This document shows positions 29,349 through 40,418 of a stretch of DNA of 64,000 bases, one piece after another. Each line of letters begins with the position of its first letter. Positions within the stretch are counted from its first letter, which is position 1. Source of the DNA: Fimbriimonadia bacterium (GTDB taxonomy: Bacteria; Armatimonadota; Fimbriimonadia; Fimbriimonadales; JABRVX01); NCBI GenBank assembly GCA_041483895.1, contig JBGPGO010000013.1, forward strand, positions 58,196-122,195. The letters are read 5' to 3'. The notes under the pieces are model-generated. The model did no database searches and was not told the DNA's origin. It worked only from the letters and a program-made list of their open reading frames with translations. The position numbers and the translations under genes are program-made.

Positions 29349-32332
29349 CTCTTAATCTCCGGGTTCGGATTGGTCAATTTGGCAAGGTAGGACGTTCTGG
29401 GAACTGTGAGCAGGTTGTCCAGCAGCGTGTAGTTGTGCGGCTGCCGCTTCTGCTTTGCCACCTCGCTCTTGGCGTCGGCGATGTTGCCGAAAGCGATGGC
29501 TTTCGCCGGGCAGGCCTGTTGGCAGGCGGTCACAATCTCTCCGTCCTTCACATCCCGCCCCGCCTTCTTCGCTTCGATTCGCGCGGCGCTGATCCGCTGA
29601 ACGCAGTAGGTGCATTTTTCCATTACGCCGCGGCCGCGGACGGTAACGTCGGGATTCGCCATGAGCTGCAAGCTCGGATAATCATAGTTGCCTGGGTCCA
29701 GATCGGGCTGCCCGGCGGAGAATTTGTAGAAATTGAACCGCCGCACTTTGTACGGGCAGTTGTTGGAGCAATACCGCGTCCCGATGCAGCGGTTGTACAC
29801 CATCTGGTTCAAACCCTCGTGGCTGTGCACGGTTGCGCCGACGGGGCACACCGGCTCGCACGGCGCGTTTTCGCACTGCATGCAGGTCATGGGCTGGAAC
29901 AGGGTGTCCGGCTGGTCCTCCCCACCGGCGAAGTAGCGGTCTATGCGTATCCAATGCATCTCGCGGCCATTCTGGACCTGGCTCTTGCCGACGATCGGGA
30001 TGTTGTTTTCGGACTGGCACGCCGTGACACAGGCCCCGCAGCCGATGCAGGCGCTGGTGTCGATCACCATGCCCCACTTATAGCCGTCGTATTCCTGATA
30101 GTCTTTTGGCTTCTCGAACAGAGCGTCGGGCTCTTCGTCCTTCGGCGGATTCAAGAACTTCGGGTTCTTCTTGTACTCGTCAATCAGACCAGACCGGACG
30201 ACATCGCGGCCATCCATCGTCTCGCTGCCCGACACGGCATGATGGTTTTGCGTCGCCACCAACTGATGAATGCCGCCCGCTTTCGCAATCGTCACGCCGG
30301 GGGAATACGACGGCGCTTGGCTGGTGCGGAGGGCGTAGGTATCGAACCCAACCTCGTTGCCAAGCGCGCCGGCAGCCGTGCGCCCAAACCCCAGGTGCAA
30401 GCAGACCGTGTCCGCCGGCATTCCGGGCTGGATCCAGATCGGCATCTTTATGGTCCGCCCCTGGAACGTGATGTTGACCAGATCATTTTGATCGAGCTTC
30501 AAGTCCTTCGCGGTCGCCGGCGCGATCATCGCTGCGTTGTCCCAGGTAAGCGTGGTCAGCGGCTTCGGAAGTTCCTGCAGCCAGGCGTTGTTGGAAAATC
30601 GGCCGTCCCAAATCGTCGCGTCGGGCAGGAATAGGATCTGCATCCCCTTGGCGCCGGACGCCTCTGGCTGGAGCCGCGGATTGGCGGTGACCTGCTTCGC
30701 GGGAGATGCGGTTCCGGCGACCAGTCCCTCATTGAGAGCAATCGTCCACTTTTCTTCGGAAGCGCCGATCTGCTCTTGGGACTGCCAATATCCGCGGATG
30801 ATGTCGTATCCAAGCTTCGGCTCACCCATCATCGCGGCGATGAATTCATGAACCGACTTTCCCGCGTAGAGCGGCTCGACCAGCGGCTGAACGATGGATA
30901 CGGTCCCGTCAAACGCCTTGGCGTCGCTCCAATTCTCCAGATAATGGGTTTCCGGAATGTGCCAAATGCATTCGCCGGCCGTTTCGTCCACATAGTTCCC
31001 GAGATGGACCTTGAACAGGACGTTGGACAGATACTCTTTGAAATTCAGGTCGGCCGGGGCGTTGTAGACCGGGTTGGCGCCGAGAATGAGGAGCATCTCC
31101 ACGCGCTTCCCTTTCATATCCTCGACAAGCCCCGCCAAGTCCTTCATCTGATCCGTCGGCGCCGCCTCAATCGGCTCGATGTATGTAACTGCCTGGCTGC
31201 CGAGCGCCTGGTTGATCGCGTGGGCCGCAGCATGGACAACAGGCGACTGATGCAGGCCGGGAACGACCAGGCTTCGCGATCCGTTTGCCTTGAGGTCCGC
31301 AACCATCGCATCGAACCACCCTCGAGGAACGCTTGCCGGCAGGCTGCCTTGAGCGGAAACGCCGACCGCCGAAGCCAACGCAAGAGCAAAGCCTTCGACA
31401 TCCGACGGCTTCACGGCGAGATGATGGTCCGCGTTCGCGCTGGTCACCGTCGGCCACGAGGCCACCGAATAAAGCCGGTTCATCTCGGTCATGTCCTCGC
31501 GAACCCGCCGCCGATCTGCAAAATCCTTGGCATAGCGAACACTGCCCGGCATCGACATCAGAAAATCTGAATCTAGGGAGACAATCCGGTCGGCCTTATC
31601 AAAATGGTAGACCGGCTGTACGTCCTGCCCGAACGCTATCACCGCCCCTTGCCGAGCCATGTCCCGCGTCACCGGCTCGTATTGAATCCACTTCGCCTGC
31701 GGGAGCATCTTGAGGAGGGCCTGCTTCTGCTGATGCAGTGTGGGGGAATAAATTGTCCCGCTCAAAATCCGAACGTTTGCCCCGCCGTTCTCCCGCTGCT
31801 TCAGGAGCATCTCGCGGATGGCGAAAATGCAGGAATCCCACGAGCTGATCTCGCCCAGGTTCCGTATGTACTGGGATCGGTCCGGATCGTATAAATCGTA
31901 CAGGCTGGCCTGGGTGATCGCGTCCGTGCCGCCAAGACTAGCCGGATGGCCCGGATTTCCCTCGATTTTGGTCGGCCGGTTCTCGTGGCTGGTTGCCAAT
32001 ATACCGATGGCAGGCCCCCGCGAAGTACAGGCCGTCGCAAACGAAACGGGAACTCCAAGCACCTCATCCTCTGGCTGCTTCACATACGGAACGATCTTTT
32101 CTTGGGGCCTCCACCGGCAGCCGCCCGCCAACCCCGCCAAAGCCAATGTGCCTGTCGCATATCGAATGAAACTTCGCCGGTCCATCTTCCCCAGCCAGGC
32201 CTTCGCCTGCAGCGGAAACTCGTCTTGCAGATACTGATGAAATTCCGGCTTGTCGGCCAGCTCGTCCAGGCTGCGCCAAAGCGGCTTGCCGTTCAGTTGC
32301 TCCTCGATCCGCTCCTTCGATTCCCGGTTCAT
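29345..32332 (-). CDS. actB: Alternative complex III subunit B (molybdopterin-oxidoreductase-like + Fe-S)
   Basis: WRSLDE, internal twin-Arg DRRSF, RPTKIEGNP, CIGCGAC, CMQCENAPC, CIGTRYC, EKCTYC. Confidence 0.95.
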   Translation of the reverse strand: MNRESKERIEEQLNGKPLWRSLDELADKPEFHQYLQDEFPLQAKAWLGKMDRRSFIRYATGTLALAGLAGGCRWRPQEKIVPYVKQPEDEVLGVPVSFATACTSRGPAIGILATSHENRPTKIEGNPGHPASLGGTDAITQASLYDLYDPDRSQYIRNLGEISSWDSCIFAIREMLLKQRENGGANVRILSGTIYSPTLHQQKQALLKMLPQAKWIQYEPVTRDMARQGAVIAFGQDVQPVYHFDKADRIVSLDSDFLMSMPGSVRYAKDFADRRRVREDMTEMNRLYSVASWPTVTSANADHHLAVKPSDVEGFALALASAVGVSAQGSLPASVPRGWFDAMVADLKANGSRSLVVPGLHQSPVVHAAAHAINQALGSQAVTYIEPIEAAPTDQMKDLAGLVEDMKGKRVEMLLILGANPVYNAPADLNFKEYLSNVLFKVHLGNYVDETAGECIWHIPETHYLENWSDAKAFDGTVSIVQPLVEPLYAGKSVHEFIAAMMGEPKLGYDIIRGYWQSQEQIGASEEKWTIALNEGLVAGTASPAKQVTANPRLQPEASGAKGMQILFLPDATIWDGRFSNNAWLQELPKPLTTLTWDNAAMIAPATAKDLKLDQNDLVNITFQGRTIKMPIWIQPGMPADTVCLHLGFGRTAAGALGNEVGFDTYALRTSQAPSYSPGVTIAKAGGIHQLVATQNHHAVSGSETMDGRDVVRSGLIDEYKKNPKFLNPPKDEEPDALFEKPKDYQEYDGYKWGMVIDTSACIGCGACVTACQSENNIPIVGKSQVQNGREMHWIRIDRYFAGGEDQPDTLFQPMTCMQCENAPCEPVCPVGATVHSHEGLNQMVYNRCIGTRYCSNNCPYKVRRFNFYKFSAGQPDLDPGNYDYPSLQLMANPDVTVRGRGVMEKCTYCVQRISAARIEAKKAGRDVKDGEIVTACQQACPAKAIAFGNIADAKSEVAKQKRQPHNYTLLDNLLTVPRTSYLAKLTNPNPEIKS

Positions 32333-33075
32333 CGATGGCACGTCCAGCAGTCGGCCAACTGCTCCTTCTTGACCTTGAGTTTCGCCACCAATTCCTTGCC
32401 CTTTTCGATCTCAGCGGCCGTCGCCTGGTACGGCAACCCCTCTTTTAATGCCTCTTCGCGGGGCGTCAACTCTACCCCGCTTTGGATCTTCTTATACAAA
32501 GAAAGCGCTTGGTCTTGGGGAGTCATATTCGGGTGGGCTTCGTCCGAATACAGATACTTTTCCGGTTCCCGATGGCAATCGAGACACCATTTCATCGAGA
32601 AGGCAAAGCCCTTGGAAGTCACCTGCATCTTCTGAATCGCGCCATGGCATTGGTTGCAGCTGATCCCGCGGGCGATATGGATGCTGTGATTAAAATACAC
32701 AAACTCAGGCAACTTGTTGACACGGTTCCAAATGAGCGGTTCGTTCGACCGCCAACTTTGCCGCAGCGGCTCCAGAATCGGACTGTTCGTCCAGATCTGG
32801 GAATGACATGACATGCACGTGTGAGTAGGCGGAACGCCGGCGAACGCGGTTTTTTCCACACTGGTGTGGCAATAGCGGCAATCGATGCCGAGCTCGTTCG
32901 CGTGGTGCTTATGGCTAAACGGTATCGGCTGATTGAGGGTGACCCCGACGTTCGTGTTGTAGGGGGAGCGGCTGATTGCCGAGCCACCGAAGAGTATTCC
33001 GAGTGGCACCACCACAGCTCCGTAGATGCTGAGCTTGGCTAATGTATTTGTCGTAGGCGAGAAAATCTGCCCCAT
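32329..33075 (-). CDS. actA: Alternative complex III pentaheme cytochrome subunit A
   Basis: QPIPFSHKHH; five CxxCH motifs (CRYCH, CMSCH, CNQCH, CLDCH, CWTCH). Confidence 0.93.
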   Translation of the reverse strand: MGQIFSPTTNTLAKLSIYGAVVVPLGILFGGSAISRSPYNTNVGVTLNQPIPFSHKHHANELGIDCRYCHTSVEKTAFAGVPPTHTCMSCHSQIWTNSPILEPLRQSWRSNEPLIWNRVNKLPEFVYFNHSIHIARGISCNQCHGAIQKMQVTSKGFAFSMKWCLDCHREPEKYLYSDEAHPNMTPQDQALSLYKKIQSGVELTPREEALKEGLPYQATAAEIEKGKELVAKLKVKKEQLADCWTCHR

Positions 33076-33251
33076 TTGCGCGCGCTACGTCCTCTTTCTC
33101 TATTCGTGAATCTTCCCAAAATATCCGGCTCGAACCGCCCCCGTCACCGAACGGACGAAATACTACCTAATATGCGCTTTTTTTCGCAAACACGCAAATC
33201 AACCGATCCGTTGCTTTCGTCAGGACTTCCGCAGGTGGCAGGAGAACTCCT

Positions 33252-34304
33252 TCAGATATCGATTTGGCTGCTGTCGCCAAGGACGAGGCGAGCATCGGTG
33301 GATTTGCCTCGGACGCACACACCGCTGCCGATCAGACTGTCCCGGATCGTAGGCAACGGTCCAAGCAGAGTTGAGTTCTTCATTAAGATGGAGTTGGCGA
33401 TTTCGCAATTCTCCAGGCTGCATCCGTCGCCGATGGCCGTGTTCGCTCCAATCGTAACATCGGTTAGTTTGCAGTCATCGCCGATGATAGCGGGGCCCGC
33501 AGCGATCACGTTTTTCAACGTGGATGACCCGACGGAGACCGTCGCGTCGATGCGGCAGCCGTCCAGAGTGGCGTTCGCAGACACGCTCGGAACCAGGTCG
33601 TGAAGAATCACCCTGTTCGCGTCCAGCACCGCTTCGACGGTACCGGTATCCTTCCACCAGCCGGACACTTTGTGCGAACGAACATCCATGCCGCGATCGA
33701 TCAGCCCTTGGATCGCGTCGGTGATCTCCAATTCCCCTCGGAAAGAGGGACGAAGGCCGGCAATCGCGTGGTGCACCGACAGGTCAAATAGGTACACGCC
33801 AACCAAGGCAAAGTTGGATTTCGGCTGTTTCGGCTTCTCTTCCAGGCGAAGAACGCGGTCGCCGTCCAGTTCCGCGACGCCGAATTCGCCCGGGTTGGGA
33901 ACCTGCGTCAGCAGGATGATTGCATTCGGACGCTCCCGCTTGAACTCTTCCACCAGGCCGCCGATGCCTGACCGGATAAGGTTGTCCCCAAGGTACATCA
34001 CAAACTCAGAATCGCCGAGGAATTCTCGCGACACCGCCACCGCATGCGCCAAACCCAGCGGTTGGTTCTGATGGATATAGGTGACCGTCAATCCCCAGCG
34101 CGACCCGTCCCCGACGGCGGCCTCAATCTCCTTAGCCGTGTCCCCCACGACGATGCCGACATCGGTCATGCCCGCATCCCGCATGGCCTCCAAGCCGTAG
34201 AAGAGCACGGGTTTATTGGCGACCGGGATCAACTGCTTGGCCGTGCTGAATGTGAGCGGCCGAAGCCGAGTCCCCTTCCCGCCGCTGAGTATGAGGCCTT
34301 TCAT
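33252..34304 (-). CDS. Glucose-1-phosphate thymidylyltransferase (long form)
   Basis: ILSGGKGTRLRPLT, KQLIPVANKP, GELEITDA, WWKDTG; hexapeptide tail. Confidence 0.93.
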   Translation of the reverse strand: MKGLILSGGKGTRLRPLTFSTAKQLIPVANKPVLFYGLEAMRDAGMTDVGIVVGDTAKEIEAAVGDGSRWGLTVTYIHQNQPLGLAHAVAVSREFLGDSEFVMYLGDNLIRSGIGGLVEEFKRERPNAIILLTQVPNPGEFGVAELDGDRVLRLEEKPKQPKSNFALVGVYLFDLSVHHAIAGLRPSFRGELEITDAIQGLIDRGMDVRSHKVSGWWKDTGTVEAVLDANRVILHDLVPSVSANATLDGCRIDATVSVGSSTLKNVIAAGPAIIGDDCKLTDVTIGANTAIGDGCSLENCEIANSILMKNSTLLGPLPTIRDSLIGSGVCVRGKSTDARLVLGDSSQIDI

Positions 34305-34323
34305 CGGTTCCTATTGTATCTGT

Positions 34324-35598
34324 CTAACTTGCGACGGTGACAATGTTGGCGTGCTCGCGCAGCAGATCGCCGACCTTCTTGAACAGCGCCCGGAAGCGAA
34401 CCTCGTCCATCCCGCCCTGCTTGACCAGTTCTCTCGAAGCGACCTCAAAGGAAACCTCCGCCCGATCCGCGAGACGCTGGATCTGATCCCGGATCTCCTC
34501 CTCGGATAGCTTCAGGTCCTCCGCCTCCGCGATGTCGCGAATTGACAATGCCCGCTTGACCTGCATCTGGGCGTCTTCCCGAATATGCTCGCGGAGCTGC
34601 TCCACTGTCACTCCCTGATTCGCCGCCAGGGCCTCTATCGTGCTCTTGTTCTTGGCCTGCTCCGCCTCGATCTCCTTCATCCGCTCTTCAGCCACCGCCT
34701 CCCACATGGTGTCAGGGATTTCGATAGTTGATCGGTTCAAAAGCTCTTTGAATAGCTGCTCCGTTACGGTATCTTCCGCGTAGGCCGACTTCACGGCTTC
34801 GATGTGGGTAGAAATCCTCTGGCGAAGGTCCTCGGCACTCTCCGCGCCAACCTTTTTTGCCAGCTCGTCGTCCAATTCCGGAACCTCGACGGTTGCAAGG
34901 GACACCAGCTTGATCTCGCAGGTCATCGGCTTCCCGGCCCATTCCGCCTCCTCAAACCCTTCCGGAAAGGTGATGGTTTCCGATTTTGATTGGTCGGGGG
35001 TCATGCCGAGAATGGTCTGGTCCAACTGGGGAAAAGTCTGTCCGACGATGACCATGAACCGTTTTCCGGCCTCTTCGGAATCCGGCTGAATATTGAGCAC
35101 GGCCAGGTCGCCGTCTTGAGCCGGCCGATCGACCTGTGTCTGCCTCGCGTTCCTTCGGCGGATTTCGCCCAATTCCTGTTCGAGCTCGTCCTCCTTCGGG
35201 GTGGGATCCGGACGCTGCGCCGACAGACCCTTGAAGTCGCCCAGTTCCACCAAGGGCTGCAGGGGGACTTTTGCGGTGAAGATGCAAGGGTTCTCTTCGT
35301 CCAGCTGCGTCAACTCCACGGCGGGAGCGGCAAACGGCTCGAGGGCCAGTTCGGCAAGCGCCTCGCGGTAGGCCCGTGGGATCAGGTATTCGGCGGTCTG
35401 CTGAAGCAATACGTCTTTCTGGACGAACTGTTCGACGAGCGCCACTGGGGCTTTGCCCGGACGAAAGCCGGGGACCCGCATCTGACGCGCCAACCGTCGC
35501 TTCACGGCCTCGATGGCCTCTTGCACCTGTGCGGGCTCAACCTCTATCGTGAGCTTGATCGTGCAGGGATTCAGTCTTTCTCGCTCAATTACCTTCAT
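34324..35598 (-). CDS. tig: Trigger factor
   Basis: VPGFRPGKAP ribosome-binding signature; FKBP-like middle domain. Confidence 0.93.
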   Translation of the reverse strand: MKVIERERLNPCTIKLTIEVEPAQVQEAIEAVKRRLARQMRVPGFRPGKAPVALVEQFVQKDVLLQQTAEYLIPRAYREALAELALEPFAAPAVELTQLDEENPCIFTAKVPLQPLVELGDFKGLSAQRPDPTPKEDELEQELGEIRRRNARQTQVDRPAQDGDLAVLNIQPDSEEAGKRFMVIVGQTFPQLDQTILGMTPDQSKSETITFPEGFEEAEWAGKPMTCEIKLVSLATVEVPELDDELAKKVGAESAEDLRQRISTHIEAVKSAYAEDTVTEQLFKELLNRSTIEIPDTMWEAVAEERMKEIEAEQAKNKSTIEALAANQGVTVEQLREHIREDAQMQVKRALSIRDIAEAEDLKLSEEEIRDQIQRLADRAEVSFEVASRELVKQGGMDEVRFRALFKKVGDLLREHANIVTVAS

Positions 35599-35664
35599 CA
35601 GACCACCTGAGGCGCAACGGCGCGCGGACTTGGTTTGCTACGGGAGCCTGGGAATCTACCCGAT

Positions 35665-36429
35665 TCACTCGTCCTTTCGGTAGGGGTCGTACCGGTAATA
35701 GAGCGCGCCGCCGTTGCTGCTCAACACAGCCCGACTGTAGCGCTTCGTGTGCCCGTCGGCATGAAGCATGTTTGAACCCTCCGAATGCTGCTCGCCAAAC
35801 GAATCGAAGGTGGTGGGGACGAAGTAGGCGTCGTTCAGCGTCATGCCCCATTCGTCATAAATCAGATAGGTCGTGGCCGGGAAATGCACTGCGGAGCGGC
35901 GGATGCCGGGAGTGTTCGTGCCCGGGTTGTCAAAGTAAGCGTTCATGCTGTAGGTGCACAGCGCGTTCCCGCCGGCCCAGTCGATCGTTGAGCCGGACGT
36001 GTTCGGCCATCCTGGACAGTTGTTGAAGCCGCAATTGGGTTGGTTTTTGGCATTCGATGGACAGATGAAGATTCGGGCATCTTTGCAGTACCTGTAAATA
36101 CTGCCGGTCTTTGGATCGGCCACGTCCAAGCAATATCCGTTCTTCTTAAGGTTGCTGGGGCATCGTGGACCGTCTCCGGCCGTCACCCAGTTCGCCGTGT
36201 ACGGCCGGCCTGCGGTTCGCCAGCCTTCCCCGGCCTTCGGGTAATGGTCAGAGTTGTCATCGACATAGATGGTAATGGCGACACCAATCTGGCGCAGGTT
36301 GCTGAGGCAGGCCGTACCCTTTGCGCTCTCTCGGGCTCGGGCAAATACAGGGAACAGAATCGCCGCGAGGATGGCGATAATCGCGATGACTACAAGAAGT
36401 TCTATCAGGGTAAACCCTATTTTTTTCAT
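35665..36429 (-). CDS. Prepilin-type N-terminal cleavage/methylation protein with H-X9-DG C-terminal motif
   Basis: [47 protein letters not shown]. Confidence 0.9.
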   Translation of the reverse strand: MKKIGFTLIELLVVIAIIAILAAILFPVFARARESAKGTACLSNLRQIGVAITIYVDDNSDHYPKAGEGWRTAGRPYTANWVTAGDGPRCPSNLKKNGYCLDVADPKTGSIYRYCKDARIFICPSNAKNQPNCGFNNCPGWPNTSGSTIDWAGGNALCTYSMNAYFDNPGTNTPGIRRSAVHFPATTYLIYDEWGMTLNDAYFVPTTFDSFGEQHSEGSNMLHADGHTKRYSRAVLSSNGGALYYRYDPYRKDE

Positions 36430-36666
36430 GGCTGCCCTCATGTTGGTTGATTGCATTATAGCAAGATCACGGAATCTGTGGCATACTGGCCGAATAATCT
36501 ACAGGGACGGTAGCCAACTCGCTACCGTACAGGTCCCTGTTTTATCAACGGCAACGTCGTCCCGGCGAGTTTATTAGGGGCAGACCGGGAGGGCAGTGGA
36601 ATTAATTGGCCGTTGCTTTTTGTTTGTCTGAACTGTTGGTTGTCGTCTGTCGGAAGGTGAATGTAG

Positions 36667-38268
36667 ATGAAAGCGTCTCATGCTCTTGGGGCCATCTGCC
36701 TCGCGGCATTTTGTATGCCATGCGCTGCGGATATGGCTCCGGCGGACTATTTGGTTACAACATTTGCGAGCGTCACATACCAGGATCAGGTTGGCGCCAG
36801 CTATTATAAGGATTCTAACCAGGCGAGCTGCAGGGTCAAACAGGTATTCGGCCTGTCCGCAACCGTCGATACGAACTGGCTGTCCCAGCAGGACGGCGTG
36901 GCGGTCGATATTCCCTGTTCGCTGACGAATACCGGCAACGGGCTCGACACGTTCACCGTCAACTTGCAAGCGCCACCAAAGTGGTGGAATGGGTATGTTA
37001 TTCTCGACGCTAACGGCGACGGAATCCGTCAATCCACCGAGTGGACTCCATTCGATGATTCAGGACTGATGGATTATGGGCAGTCGCAGCGCTTCTTCGT
37101 GCGTCTGGAAACGCCCTATTCCAACCGCACAACCGACGGCGTCATGTCCCAACTGACGATCGCCTCGACGAAGGGGGGAGGAGATGTCGGCAGCATGTCT
37201 AGTGCCGTATTCAACCAGCTCATCGTCGTCGGTCGCCATGCTTCCACATGGGATTCTTGGAACTATCCGACGGATAGCCCGCTCGCGTACAACGCGGCAG
37301 GCGATCCGCAGCGGGTTTGGTATACCGGCACAGACGGCAAGATCTACATGGCGAAGCTGAATCCATGGCAGGGGAGTTACGACAAGATCGTAACCCCGAA
37401 TGACTACTTGGGACTTCCCGCCATAACGATCGACCGCCTCATGTGGGTCACATCGATGGGATACTGCGTCACGATCGATCCGTCGAGCAAGAGCATCATC
37501 AAAACGGTCAGCGCCCCGAACGGCGCTCGGTTCCTTGCGAGCCCCGCTCCGTACACCAACAAGGCGTTCGTCGTTTCGACCGGAGGAAGAATTCATATCA
37601 TCAGCCGTGAAGGGCTTGTGACTCAGTCTTCGGTTCCTATCAATCGGGAGATCACGACCTCGCCTGTCGTCGTCGGCACGAATGTGATCGTCGGCACAAC
37701 GAAGGGCGAGCTGTACGCATTTGATATCAGCAGCCTCAACGTTTCCTGGATCGCCGCGGTGGACCTGTCGACATCGCTGATCGGAATTCCCGCGCTCGGT
37801 ACCGACGGCAAGAGCCTGGTTTTGGCAAGCGCAAACAATCGCGTGTATTCTTTCAGCATTTCGTCCCGCTCTCTTCGTTGGATGAATCAGCTCGACAGCG
37901 CTATCGTCGGCCAAGCCACAGCAGGCCGATCCGGAGCGTTTTTCCTGACTTCCGGCCGGAAACTGTACGGATTGGACATTTACACCGGGACAGACGTGCC
38001 GGGCTATCCCTTCATCGTTCCCGGCAGCCAGCCGTTGTCAGGCGGCATGGTGGTGGCGACCAGAAGCGAATCCGGCGCCCAGCCGTATCTCTGGTTCGGG
38101 ACGCCCGAAGGCAAGGTCTATGCGGTTTGCGCATGGCTGGGACTAACGTATTGGACGGCGGACCTTTCCGTTGAACAGGCGTACTTTTACGGCGCGCCGG
38201 CATTGGCGGGAGGCAAAATCACTTTCTCAGCCACGAAAGGCTGGGGCTACGGCTTCGACCCCGAGTAG
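36667..38268 (+). CDS. Secreted protein with N-terminal Ig-like region and PQQ-like beta-propeller
   Basis: Signal peptide; TNTGNGLDTF, DANGDG; SPVV...GELYAFD-type repeats. Confidence 0.75.
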   Translation: MKASHALGAICLAAFCMPCAADMAPADYLVTTFASVTYQDQVGASYYKDSNQASCRVKQVFGLSATVDTNWLSQQDGVAVDIPCSLTNTGNGLDTFTVNLQAPPKWWNGYVILDANGDGIRQSTEWTPFDDSGLMDYGQSQRFFVRLETPYSNRTTDGVMSQLTIASTKGGGDVGSMSSAVFNQLIVVGRHASTWDSWNYPTDSPLAYNAAGDPQRVWYTGTDGKIYMAKLNPWQGSYDKIVTPNDYLGLPAITIDRLMWVTSMGYCVTIDPSSKSIIKTVSAPNGARFLASPAPYTNKAFVVSTGGRIHIISREGLVTQSSVPINREITTSPVVVGTNVIVGTTKGELYAFDISSLNVSWIAAVDLSTSLIGIPALGTDGKSLVLASANNRVYSFSISSRSLRWMNQLDSAIVGQATAGRSGAFFLTSGRKLYGLDIYTGTDVPGYPFIVPGSQPLSGGMVVATRSESGAQPYLWFGTPEGKVYAVCAWLGLTYWTADLSVEQAYFYGAPALAGGKITFSATKGWGYGFDPE

Positions 38269-38285
38269 ACGCCCTGCACAGCTTG

Positions 38286-38318
38286 CGGCCGTCCCGCCGA
38301 TTGGCGGGGCGGCCGTTT
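38286..38318 (+). terminator. Intrinsic terminator
   Basis: CGGCCGTCCCGCC-GATT-GGCGGGGCGGCCG followed by TTT. Confidence 0.65.
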
Positions 38319-38473
38319 GCTATTTGGGAACCTGGATATCGCTCGAACGGTCCCAAAAGATAGTTCGTCGAAGCCATTGCACATTTTGGGTGCAAACAGA
38401 CAGGCTTTTGGGTCAGAATGTATGGATGCTGGCGTTCGAACGCTTACTCTAAAGAATTAGGTGGGAGATAAGG

Positions 38474-40315
38474 ATGAACCGACTCACGATTCTGTTTTTA
38501 TTGGCCGTGTCGTTGCTGGTCGCCGGATGCGGAGGCGGCGGGGGCGGCGGCAATCCCCAAATAACCGCGCTTTTCGTAGATCCGGGGCCACAGGGAAATG
38601 ACGGCACTGGAGACGGATCGATTGGAAAGCCGTACAAGTCCATAAAGCGGACCCTCCAGGACAGCAGCCTTTCCACTGTTCTCAAAATCAGCCTGAAAGC
38701 CGGTACCTACAACGCGGCGAGTGGCGAAGTCTTCCCGCTGGTGATTCCAGCGAACGTGCAGGTTGAAGGCTCCGGTCCAACCTCAGCCAGTTCGGTGGTC
38801 GCCGGTGGTGCGGGCGACGTGACCGTCATGCAGTTGGGCAGCGGCGCGAAACTCACCAACTGCACTGTCCAGAGCGGCTCGATCGCCGTTTCACGGGCCG
38901 TATACATTGGGGGCGGATCGCATGGATCCGAGACCACCGTGACCAATTGCGTGGTTTCCGGCAGTGGAATCGTAGGCAGCAACGGCATTGAGGTCACCGC
39001 AGGGTCTCCTCGCGAATTTATCGTCAAGGATTCGACCATAAATGCCGCGAACGCGAGCGGAATCAGCATCGGCAATGCGAAGGCCATTGCGGCGATTACC
39101 CACAACACGTTCACCAACTGCGCGACCGGCGTCGAATTGACGGCGGGCGCGACGAGCGGCGCGGACAAGGCGCTCGCCACGCTTCGCAGCAACACGTTTA
39201 CCAATACGACGGGCGCGGCGGTCAGCGTGCTGGGCGGCATCGTCGACGCCGGAACGATCACCGACGCCGGGAACAACACCTTTAACAATGTCAACGCATC
39301 TCCCGTCCATTTGAGCGATGCGCGGGGGACGGGCGCATTGCTGAGCGCCCGGGGCAACACATTTACTCCTGCCGCCGATTGCGGAACGACCGTCATGGCG
39401 ACGGCGGGGTCCGGTGGCTGGGATATCGGAACAGCGACCTGCGAATCCGGCATCTTCGTTGATGACGATGCGACATCGCCATTCGATGGAACCTCGGCGC
39501 ACCCGTACAAAACTATCACGGCGGCGCTGGCCGACGCCAACGCCGGCAATTTGCCGATTGTCGTCCGTGCCGGCAGCTACAGCACAGCCCTCGGGGAAAC
39601 GTTCCCGATCACCGTCCCGGCGGGCGTGACGATACAAGGGGATCCGACGGCAGCGGTCAGCTCGGTTATTGTTACCGGCGGCTCTTCCAGTAACGAGGTC
39701 TTTGAGACGGCCGGCGCGGGCGTGACCCTGAAGCACATGAGGATTGTCACCACCTATAACGCCGGAGGTGCCGCCCACGCCATTTTCATTCACCACAACA
39801 CAACGCTGGATGATTTGGTTGTGGCGAGCACGGGCGGCGGCGCGTCTCCGCCGGATGGCATCGAGGTGGACCAGGCGTCCGTTGCCTTGAGCGTCACGAA
39901 CTGCACGATCAGCGCCCCGACAGCGAATGGACTGTTGACGATTGCTGAGACTACAATCCTTGTGAGCGGCTGTACGTTCACGAGCTGCGCGGGGGCCATT
40001 GTTCAGGCCGGTCCCGGCGGGATCAATCCGACGATGACCATCCGCAACACGAAGTTCAACAGCCCGATTGGGACTGGCGTGCAGGTTTCGCAAGGAGTTG
40101 TCGATCTGGGTACGACCTCGGACCCGGGCAACAACACCTTCACCGCCTGCTCCGTCGATCTGTTGGATCTACGGACGGCGGGGGCGGTGTTGCAGGCCAT
40201 CGACAACAGCTTCTCCGCCAATCCGCCGACCTGCACCGACAACATCAAGACGATCGGGGCGGCTCCCGGCTGGCACTGGCGTGTCACGGGCGGCACGGAA
40301 GGTACCTGTCCGTAG
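38474..40315 (+). CDS. Lipoprotein with two tandem DUF1565/beta-helix modules
   Basis: Lipobox VAGC + Gly run; twice FVD...G...PYK.I...GTY...GE.FP...P.GV...G. Confidence 0.8.
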   Translation: MNRLTILFLLAVSLLVAGCGGGGGGGNPQITALFVDPGPQGNDGTGDGSIGKPYKSIKRTLQDSSLSTVLKISLKAGTYNAASGEVFPLVIPANVQVEGSGPTSASSVVAGGAGDVTVMQLGSGAKLTNCTVQSGSIAVSRAVYIGGGSHGSETTVTNCVVSGSGIVGSNGIEVTAGSPREFIVKDSTINAANASGISIGNAKAIAAITHNTFTNCATGVELTAGATSGADKALATLRSNTFTNTTGAAVSVLGGIVDAGTITDAGNNTFNNVNASPVHLSDARGTGALLSARGNTFTPAADCGTTVMATAGSGGWDIGTATCESGIFVDDDATSPFDGTSAHPYKTITAALADANAGNLPIVVRAGSYSTALGETFPITVPAGVTIQGDPTAAVSSVIVTGGSSSNEVFETAGAGVTLKHMRIVTTYNAGGAAHAIFIHHNTTLDDLVVASTGGGASPPDGIEVDQASVALSVTNCTISAPTANGLLTIAETTILVSGCTFTSCAGAIVQAGPGGINPTMTIRNTKFNSPIGTGVQVSQGVVDLGTTSDPGNNTFTACSVDLLDLRTAGAVLQAIDNSFSANPPTCTDNIKTIGAAPGWHWRVTGGTEGTCP

Positions 40316-40330
40316 ATTATTGATTGACTC

Positions 40331-40358
40331 GAAAGGGCGCCTCCGGGCGCCCTTTCTC
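40331..40358 (+). terminator. Intrinsic terminator
   Basis: GAAAGGGCGCC-TCCG-GGCGCCCTTTCT. Confidence 0.75.
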
Positions 40359-40418
40359 ATCCCTTCATCGTCACACTATTAGGGGTTGATTCTTTCTCAT
40401 TTTCCTCTCCCTTTGTTT

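Noticed and set aside
29435..30634. 399-aa ORF antisense to actB
   Set aside because: Shadow ORF
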